A stretch of 47,525 bases of DNA, from assembly GCA_008369845.1 (NCBI GenBank), contig MRSU01003735.1, positions 1-47,525 on the forward strand, given 5' to 3'. The stretch's first letter is position 1, and each line of letters starts with the position of its first letter. Positions 11,273 to 19,305 of the stretch are shown here, one piece after another. A program made the position numbers and the translations under genes. The stretch is from Trichomonas gallinae (Eukaryota). The notes under the pieces were generated by a model. The model had not been told where the DNA came from. It saw only the letters and a program-made list of their open reading frames with translations, and made no database searches.

Positions 11273-11428
11273 AAAATATATCTTTAATCATCTGACAAGA
11301 ACGAAAAATAGTATTTGATTCGCTATATGGACAACGTTAATTCATGATTTTGCTGATGAATTTAAATTTTGATGAAAATCCACAAATCCCCTGCTTATTT
11401 TTTCAAGACCCTGTTATTTTAGAATTTC

Positions 11429-14077
11429 ATGGATTATGTTGTAAGTTTGCTTCAACACACTTTTGGCGACGGTGGAAATGGGACCACTGAGTCAGTAAAA
11501 GAAGCCACCGACATAATTGTTTCCAAAATCACTTCTCCAGAAAATTCAGATTTTTATCTTTTGCTTCTTCAAATAATTTTCAATTCACAGATTAATGTTT
11601 CCATCAGACAAGCTGCATTAAACGTATTTATACAAACAGAACGCACTTTTACAGACTTTTTCCCTTACGAACTTTTCATTTCAAATATTTCTCAAATATT
11701 ATTAGCGACAACTGCCGATATTAGAGAATCAGTATCAGTTTTATTGGATTTAGTTATATCTCATACATTATTTGAGGGTGTAATACCAAATCCTCTCGAA
11801 TTATTTAATTCATTGATTCAACAAGATGTAACAGCAGGATTAATTTTCGCAAATTCATTGTGTGAAGGAATATCACTTGCTAATGACGATCAATTGGAGT
11901 TATATAATGAAACATCAACACAATTGTTAAATATTTTAACACAGATTTTGCAAAACAACGATTTACTTTCATCAGCGTATTGCATGTCTTGTGCATTTAG
12001 TCTTATCAAATTCCACATTCCTCCATTCTTTTCCCAAAGTCAGGAAAATTTGTCTCTTTGGGTCCATGCTTCACTAGAATTCTCAAACTTAGAAAATTCC
12101 GAAAACGAAAACTACAACTTATTCGCACAGAAAGCTCTCAAATTCACCACGCAGGTCTTATATAAGTCATCGGGACAATACCCACAGCTAGATATAATTC
12201 CAGACGACTGCTACGATGTTTTCGATGCTGTCGCGAATTTGATTACATTCATGAATCCACCGGAAACGCAAAGTTTGCTCGCAGAAATCGTCGACGTGAT
12301 GATATCGCACAAACACACCTGGAATATGATGTCAATGCAGATGGACAATGCTGTACAATACATTTTGCTTCCTTTCTTTGCGCTGTCTGTTGAAGAAATC
12401 GAATTCACTAAAAGCGAAGAAACTGCTTCCGATTTTATTTCATCAGTCATGACAACACCTTTCAACAGCTCCGACCCACGTATGTATATTCTCGGCAAGC
12501 TCCGCATACACTGCAAAGATGAGAGCAAAGCGCAAATTATTTCTCAGTCAGTTTGCAGCTATTTGTCTGAAATGGTAAAAGTTTACGCAAATGAAGAAAG
12601 TGCGAGCGATGAACTCCTTGTTACATTATTCGGCGCTCTTCTCATGTTCAGCGCTGTAGGCTACAGTCTAGTCAGAAATAACCAAGAGCTCGCGAACTCG
12701 ATGCTTTCAATGCTGGCTGAATTACTTTCATCCAATGACATTTTGGTGAAATGTGGAGCATTGCTTGGCATTGATTCTTTTGAGATCGGTCTTCCTTCTC
12801 AGATCATCTCTGCTTTGGTATCATTGTTTGTGTCAGAAGATCATTTACTAGTCAGATACTACGCAGCGAATACTTTCAGTAACGCAATTTCTATATTACC
12901 AGACGACGATCAACTCAAGAACGAAATTGCTCAAGAACTCGAAAGCATCTTAAGGAGTTTTGTAGAGCTCGCTGAATACTTCAATGACACAGATTTCTTC
13001 AGAGGTTTATCCAAGTTTGTGAGAACATTCGGAAGAAATCTCGCTGAGCATGGATCAGAAGTGTCAACTCTTTTGATAGAAATTTTCCAGGCAAACTTTG
13101 ATCCACAAAAGCCTGAGAAATCAAATGCTGCTCTGTCAGCATTGTCTTCACTGTCTCCATTCCTCTCACAAGAGTCGCAGTTCGAATTATTGACATTCGT
13201 AGCATCATCAGCAAGTGAAAATGGAGTCTTATCTAACGAATTACTTGACTTCGCTGCAAATCTCATTGCTGCTGCTAATTCTATTACTGCTGATCACTGG
13301 AATTGCGTCAAGCTCATATGCGCTGTCGTAGTCAGTGGAACACAATATTCCGCTCCTTTGTTCTTCGTGAGCTCAGCTGTTGTCATGATCAAAAACATTA
13401 TCCTTAAAGACGCAAACTTCCCTGCTACAGATACAGCATCAATGATATTGGAGTTAATCAATGTTTTCGTTGAGGCAGGCTCATCAACAATGGACGCAAA
13501 CATAGTTAACCCTGCAATTACACTCTGCTTCACTGTGACAAATAAGATGGGTTCGAATTTGCCAGCCGACGTTTTACAAATGTTTGCACAGATTTCCTCC
13601 AATTTCATGAATGACAACAGATTCCAGGCCTATTCATCGAATCTCTTTGCATCACTGATCATTGCAACATCAGGATCAATTTGCCAGATGATGCCGGAGA
13701 TTTTTACGACGTGGGTTGAAGTTTGCGGATTTTTCGAGCTCGTTATAGTTTTGGAGAAAGCTCCAGCAGTCTTTGGAGATGGATACGTTAACATAATATG
13801 CAAGATTATATCCATGCTTGAAGAAGTTATAACCAGGCCATTGTATGATATCGAAGATTCGGTTGGTTTCGATCTTGAAACTTATATTATCGTTAACGAG
13901 CTTTCTTACTGGAAAGAAGAGACTGTAATGAATGATTTCGCGCAGATACTCACTACACTGCATCCAGAGCAGAAGCAGGCTATTCAACAAGCCTTCCCCG
14001 AAAAGAATATCGATGATCTTGCTAACGAAATTCGAAATTTCTTTGTTGCAAAGTCGCAGATCAAAACAGATCAATAG
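11429..14077 (+). CDS. Importin-beta family (importin-7/8-like) HEAT protein
   Basis: 882 aa; IBN_N-like start (VKEAT...IRQAAL), ILLPFFALSVEEIE and LVRYYAA HEAT motifs. Confidence 0.65.
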   Translation: MDYVVSLLQHTFGDGGNGTTESVKEATDIIVSKITSPENSDFYLLLLQIIFNSQINVSIRQAALNVFIQTERTFTDFFPYELFISNISQILLATTADIRESVSVLLDLVISHTLFEGVIPNPLELFNSLIQQDVTAGLIFANSLCEGISLANDDQLELYNETSTQLLNILTQILQNNDLLSSAYCMSCAFSLIKFHIPPFFSQSQENLSLWVHASLEFSNLENSENENYNLFAQKALKFTTQVLYKSSGQYPQLDIIPDDCYDVFDAVANLITFMNPPETQSLLAEIVDVMISHKHTWNMMSMQMDNAVQYILLPFFALSVEEIEFTKSEETASDFISSVMTTPFNSSDPRMYILGKLRIHCKDESKAQIISQSVCSYLSEMVKVYANEESASDELLVTLFGALLMFSAVGYSLVRNNQELANSMLSMLAELLSSNDILVKCGALLGIDSFEIGLPSQIISALVSLFVSEDHLLVRYYAANTFSNAISILPDDDQLKNEIAQELESILRSFVELAEYFNDTDFFRGLSKFVRTFGRNLAEHGSEVSTLLIEIFQANFDPQKPEKSNAALSALSSLSPFLSQESQFELLTFVASSASENGVLSNELLDFAANLIAAANSITADHWNCVKLICAVVVSGTQYSAPLFFVSSAVVMIKNIILKDANFPATDTASMILELINVFVEAGSSTMDANIVNPAITLCFTVTNKMGSNLPADVLQMFAQISSNFMNDNRFQAYSSNLFASLIIATSGSICQMMPEIFTTWVEVCGFFELVIVLEKAPAVFGDGYVNIICKIISMLEEVITRPLYDIEDSVGFDLETYIIVNELSYWKEETVMNDFAQILTTLHPEQKQAIQQAFPEKNIDDLANEIRNFFVAKSQIKTDQ

Positions 14078-14762
14078 AGTAAAATAGAGTTATGTTATTT
14101 CGTGATATAAATCATCAATTTTATTTTATCATCAAATTATTTTTCGTTAAATTATAATTTTTGGTGAATCATTAGATTATAATAGTTGAGACTCATTGAT
14201 TTGTACTTTCAATTTATCCATATTGTTGAATATTGTTTCCTGATTATTCCAGTTTCTTCGTCTATTTCTACCCGAAATTAAGATATATAATGTAGACAAA
14301 AATATAAGCTTAAAAACAAAATATTATGAAAAATGAAAAAGAAAATAAAAAAAATTGCAGTCGTAAAAAATTGAGCATAACTTTGTAGATAAGAATTATT
14401 TTCAAAAAACGTATTAATATATTTATAAATGAGGTAGTGAATTATTAAACTAAATCTTTATTTTTTATTTTACAGTTCAGTATTTTGAGAAAAACTCACT
14501 TTTTTTAATCCGTGATTTTTGAAAATCTAATTTGTAAAAATTTATTTTGTCTAGAAACAATAAATATAGACTTTTTAAAATGCATACATTCGATATTTAT
14601 AAGATATAAAGGTCAAAAACCAAGACAAGTTGATCTAAACTTTTGAAAATAAATAACGTATTTTTATAAAAAATTTCAAAAATTTTGATTAAAAAGGAAT
14701 CATTATATAGTGTTCAATATTTTATTTTTCTTTTGAAATTTTTTCATTTTTTTTTCGATAAA

Positions 14763-16319
14763 ATGTCGAGTAACTCCGATAATAATGAAGCTGATTCTGT
14801 AGAGAACTCTGCTGACGATGTCGGAGGATCGTCTGATGACGGCGAAAAGGAAATGAAGCTCGATGATATGACTCCTAAGGAAAAGAAAAGCCCTAAGAAC
14901 CCGAATATGCAAGATACGCCAAACACAACTATGAAACATACCAACAATGAAGATGAAGAGGAATCTATGGAAGAAGAAGATGAATATGATGAAAACGAAG
15001 TTTCAATTTCTAACAGCGAAACAGAAACTGACAATTTTATCAACGGTAAATACAATTTCGATGATCCTCCGCCAATATTGAGATTCCAATACTCATCTGT
15101 TTGCGCTACTTTGATTCGCGCGGTAAATCTCTTCAGAGCATCTCACAAACTCGATCCTATTGTTGAATCCGTCGAATTAAACAAAATTGCAATGAAACAT
15201 TCACTCGCTATGGCAAGAATGGAAGTAAAATTTAATAACGCGCCAATAAAGACAGACATTCAAAATTTACCAATAGCATTCTACTATGCACACGTTTCTC
15301 GTAGTGATTCGCCAAACCATGCGTTTCTAGATGTTGCTAACGAATGGGCTTCAGAACCAGGAATTTCTAAAGCTCTTTTGACAAAAGTAAACACAATAGG
15401 ATGTGGTATGGCTACATCTACGCAAAAATCTACGTTCTTTACAGTCATTGTCGCTGTTAAATCTTATATTGGTGATTCGACACTTGTTGGAGATGAGCTT
15501 AGAAGCTTCCTACTTGCACAGAGATGCTTAGATATCGTCAATGAAATCAGAAAGAAGTACAATTTGAATCCTTATTTATTCAGCGATCAATTATCTACGC
15601 TAGCATACAAATTCTGCCAGACAGATCCAACTAAAGTCACACAGAAATTCATTTCCACCAGACTTCCGAGCGCGTCTTCCAGTCATGTCGACTTTGGAAA
15701 AATGCCGCTCGAAAAAGCAACTCCAAAGACAATTGTCGAGGAGTGGATGCAGCAGACTTACCATGTGGACGCCCTTCTCGGCGAATTCAACAGAATCGGC
15801 ATAGGCTTTGTCATCAAAAAAGGAAGTTTTTACTCAGTGAGAATTGTTACGCGCAGCATCTACGCGTCAATCATCGATGGAACAGAGAATTTAGTTGATA
15901 ACACGATCCTCGCCAAGCATGTTGCCGAAGAGATGAACGAATTCAGAGAGCAGCATTCGCTGGAGCCATTAGCATACGATGATAATCTTTTCAAAGTCGC
16001 CCAGGATCACGCCGAGTATATAGCTAACGGAATGGAGGGCGTCAATCCTATAGAAGACGACTTCTACAAGAATGTCGTTGAGCCGAAGTACAAACTCTGC
16101 GATATTAGCCATACAACGTGCAGAGAAATGTCGCGTGCACCGAAGGAGATCATGAGGAAGTGGAGAAACAATACAGATTGCGTCTCCGTTCTTCTGAATC
16201 AGGTCGATGACATCGGTGTTGGTCTTTGCTTCGATGAAGACTACGTTTGCCATGTGACTACTATCATATGTGATAAAGGCTTAGAAAAAGATGTTGTTAA
16301 TAAGATAGTTAAATTATAA
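14763..16319 (+). CDS. Protein with three CAP/SCP-like domains and an acidic N terminus
   Basis: Three repeats: VNLFRASHKL...IAMKHS...W...IGCG; VNEIRKKYNL...W...IGIG; MNEFREQHSL...AQDHA...W...IGVG. First ATG at 14763. Confidence 0.8.
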   Translation: MSSNSDNNEADSVENSADDVGGSSDDGEKEMKLDDMTPKEKKSPKNPNMQDTPNTTMKHTNNEDEEESMEEEDEYDENEVSISNSETETDNFINGKYNFDDPPPILRFQYSSVCATLIRAVNLFRASHKLDPIVESVELNKIAMKHSLAMARMEVKFNNAPIKTDIQNLPIAFYYAHVSRSDSPNHAFLDVANEWASEPGISKALLTKVNTIGCGMATSTQKSTFFTVIVAVKSYIGDSTLVGDELRSFLLAQRCLDIVNEIRKKYNLNPYLFSDQLSTLAYKFCQTDPTKVTQKFISTRLPSASSSHVDFGKMPLEKATPKTIVEEWMQQTYHVDALLGEFNRIGIGFVIKKGSFYSVRIVTRSIYASIIDGTENLVDNTILAKHVAEEMNEFREQHSLEPLAYDDNLFKVAQDHAEYIANGMEGVNPIEDDFYKNVVEPKYKLCDISHTTCREMSRAPKEIMRKWRNNTDCVSVLLNQVDDIGVGLCFDEDYVCHVTTIICDKGLEKDVVNKIVKL

Positions 16320-16793
16320 AAGTATTTATTTTTTGTTATATATTATTTTTGAAAGTTATTTACATCATAACACCAAGAACATCATAGACAATGAAACATA
16401 ATGAGTTTGAATGAGATTTCATCATAGAGTATTTGAGTACTTATACGACAAAACAAAAAAAAATGATTAAAATTTGCGAATGCAGCAATAAGTTAGCTAT
16501 GAAATCTTAATATATAATTCTTTAGTGTTCACAATGACTATATCTAGAAGAAGAATGTCTAAAAAGCATATTTAATGATAGTTTGCAATCTTATATGACA
16601 TTATTATCTTTTTGTGCAAGCTTTAACAAAATCATAAAAATCAATATATCATAACTTAATATTTGCAGAGCTCAGTTGATCGATATTGAAGTATTTAGCA
16701 AAATTTGTAAAAAAAACAGGGTCTATCATATTAATGATGGGGGCTGAATTTTTTGTCATGTAAAGTGTTAACGAAAATTTCTAAACGCCAAAA

Positions 16794-17357
16794 ATGTCGA
16801 AATCGCGCAAATCAAGCACTCACTCAAGCGAAAGAGCAGAAGTTAAGAAGGAGCGTGTAAAACGCTCTAAAGTTAAGGCAGAACCAGTTCCATGGGAATC
16901 TGCGACAACTGGGCTTACACTCGGTGTTCTTCCTAAAAATGCAGACGGTGATGTTATGATTAATCCATCTACAATGACAGATGAGCAATTCGAGGCAATA
17001 GTTATATACTTCCAGAAGGTTTATCTTCAAAAAACGGGCGAAAGAATGACAAAACCGCAGTTAAGGGCACTTAGAGAAAAGCTTCGTTCACAGCAAAATG
17101 CTATGTCACTTGATGAGTTTGTTTCAAGTACTCTTGAAGAACTTACAAATACAACAGGAACACATACTAGAGGGGGCCCTCGCACACAAATGGATATCAA
17201 TGGTGGAGTACCAAAACCACGTCCTGATATAGAAACAATGACTTTCCCATGCAAGATTTGCAATCGTGAAATTTATCTTTCTCAGCTTCCATTCCATGAA
17301 GCTCTATGCATCAAGAATCAACCACCTGGTGCTCCTGGATATACTCCAAACAAATAA
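16794..17357 (+). CDS. Hypothetical protein with C-terminal C2HC zinc finger
   Basis: CKICNREIYLSQLPFHEALC near the C terminus. Confidence 0.75.
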   Translation: MSKSRKSSTHSSERAEVKKERVKRSKVKAEPVPWESATTGLTLGVLPKNADGDVMINPSTMTDEQFEAIVIYFQKVYLQKTGERMTKPQLRALREKLRSQQNAMSLDEFVSSTLEELTNTTGTHTRGGPRTQMDINGGVPKPRPDIETMTFPCKICNREIYLSQLPFHEALCIKNQPPGAPGYTPNK

Positions 17358-17742
17358 GCTTTTTACAAAAATTAAATCTTGTTATGAATAAAAAGATACT
17401 GTTCTTTATCACTATTTCGACATTATTCATTTCATAAGCGTGTATCTGACGGGTAGCAAAGATCTTATTTTTAAATTTACCTGCATTTTCGACTGAATTT
17501 GACTAGTTACTTCTTCGATTTTACAAACATATCAACAAATTATGATTCTTTAATGTATAGATAAAGATTATTACATATGAGATTACAGATGATGTCGCTT
17601 GCTATTTTGTTTAATTGTAGGATATTGCATAATTGTTTTGAGCTAGTTGTTATATATATTATGCAGACATAGATATAGTTTTATTATATCAAGTTAGTTT
17701 GTAATTATCTTGGTTGTGCTATTCTCTTTTTCATATTTTTTG

Positions 17743-18927
17743 ATGTCAACAACAATCAAAATACTTTCATCAGCGAATGCAATGAAAGGAAGTTTATCAG
17801 CAAAACAAACATCCGAATGCATTGCAAAAGGAGTAGAGAAAGCATTCGAGAAGTACAATTCTCTATACAACAAGAAATTAAATCCGGATATTCAAATAAA
17901 ACCGATTGCAGACGGAGGAGATGATACTGTTGATGTAATTGCCGATACATTCTACAAAAATACTGTCAAAGGACCTCTATGTGATCCAGTTGAAGCTAGA
18001 TGGGGTTCAAGGGATGACACGGCTGTAATTGAGATGGCTAAATCGTCAGGAATTGCACTTTTACCTGAAGACAAGCTTAACCCATTCGTTACAACTACAT
18101 ATGGCACTGGAGAATTAATTATGGAAGCAATTAATAAAGGATTCAAGAAGATTCTTCTAACAATTGGTGGATCAGCTACGGTTGATGGTGGCATTGGTGC
18201 ACTCGCCGCAATGGGCGCTAAATTCTATGATAAAAATAATGAATTGATTTTGCCGTACGGCAACTCTTCGCTTGGAAAAGTAGCCAAAATCGATTTTAGC
18301 GCATTTGACAAGTTCAAAGATGTATCTTTTAGCATTGCATGCGATGTTGATAACATATTATTAGGTGAAAAAGGATCTGCTGCTATTTTTGGTCCACAAA
18401 AGCTTGCACCATCAGTAAGAAACGATAAATCAGCAAAAGACAAAGCTGTAAAAGAAATGGACGCAAATTTGGAGAATTTTGCAAATATCGTCAAAAAAGC
18501 CACAGGAAAAGATATAAAGCTTATCAAAGGCATAGGGGCTGCTGGTGGCCTCTCAATTGGCTTTGTTGCTGTTTTTGATGCGATTTTGAAGCCTGGTTCA
18601 GAATTTATTTTAGATCTTTTAGAAATCACTGAAGAAATGAGCCCAGACATCATAATTACATCTGAAGGGAAATGTGATGTCTCCACATTAAACAATAAAG
18701 CACCTTACGCATTGATAAAAAGATTCAAGAAATCTTATTCAATAATTTTAACAGGAGCCATAGAAAGTGAGGAGGTTGAAATGAAATTAAATGAAGCTGG
18801 TGCATCACAAGTCCTTACAATCGAAGATGGACCAATAATTTTATCTGAATCAATGAAACGATGTGCGGAGCTTATAGAAAGAGCAGCATACAGAGCAGTA
18901 TTTGCTTTCCTCAAAGCTCGTGTATAA
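17743..18927 (+). CDS. glxK: Glycerate kinase, GlxK/GarK family
   Basis: Family motifs PIADGGD, AVIEMA, TTTYGTGE, IGGSATVDGG, ACDVDN.LLG.KG, GAAGG and (T/S)EG..D. ATG 17743 follows a TCATA initiator. Confidence 0.92.
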   Translation: MSTTIKILSSANAMKGSLSAKQTSECIAKGVEKAFEKYNSLYNKKLNPDIQIKPIADGGDDTVDVIADTFYKNTVKGPLCDPVEARWGSRDDTAVIEMAKSSGIALLPEDKLNPFVTTTYGTGELIMEAINKGFKKILLTIGGSATVDGGIGALAAMGAKFYDKNNELILPYGNSSLGKVAKIDFSAFDKFKDVSFSIACDVDNILLGEKGSAAIFGPQKLAPSVRNDKSAKDKAVKEMDANLENFANIVKKATGKDIKLIKGIGAAGGLSIGFVAVFDAILKPGSEFILDLLEITEEMSPDIIITSEGKCDVSTLNNKAPYALIKRFKKSYSIILTGAIESEEVEMKLNEAGASQVLTIEDGPIILSESMKRCAELIERAAYRAVFAFLKARV

Positions 18928-19165
18928 TAAAATTAACATACTATCATATATATATTTTAATTATTTTTTTTTTAGGTTAAAGATATTGAATATTAAATTG
19001 CATTTGATAAACTTGATGACTTGATATTGAACTCGAAAGAAAACCAATTGATATCAATTAGAAAGTTGAGGAAGGTGAAACAGAAGAAGAAATATTTCAC
19101 AAATATTTTTGCTTCTTCGAGATAAATGATGATCATCACAACTATTTATTTGATTAGCTACCCGA

Positions 19166-19267
19166 TAACACTTGTTCATCATTTTTATAAGGAAATCATT
19201 AATCACATTTGTTTTTCATTAATATAATGGATTCATCAATTTTTTTGTTTAACAATATTAAAATGAA
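19166..19267 (+). repeat. About 3 copies of the 37-nt insert unit, inverted relative to the ankyrin-gene inserts
   Basis: Units start at 19169, 19206 and ~19243; 19169-19220 matches the reverse complement of 20064-20115 at 44/52 nt without gaps. Confidence 0.8.
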
Positions 19268-19305
19268 TGAGGAGAAAAAATTTTCCGACTTTTTTTCTAA
19301 CCTCC

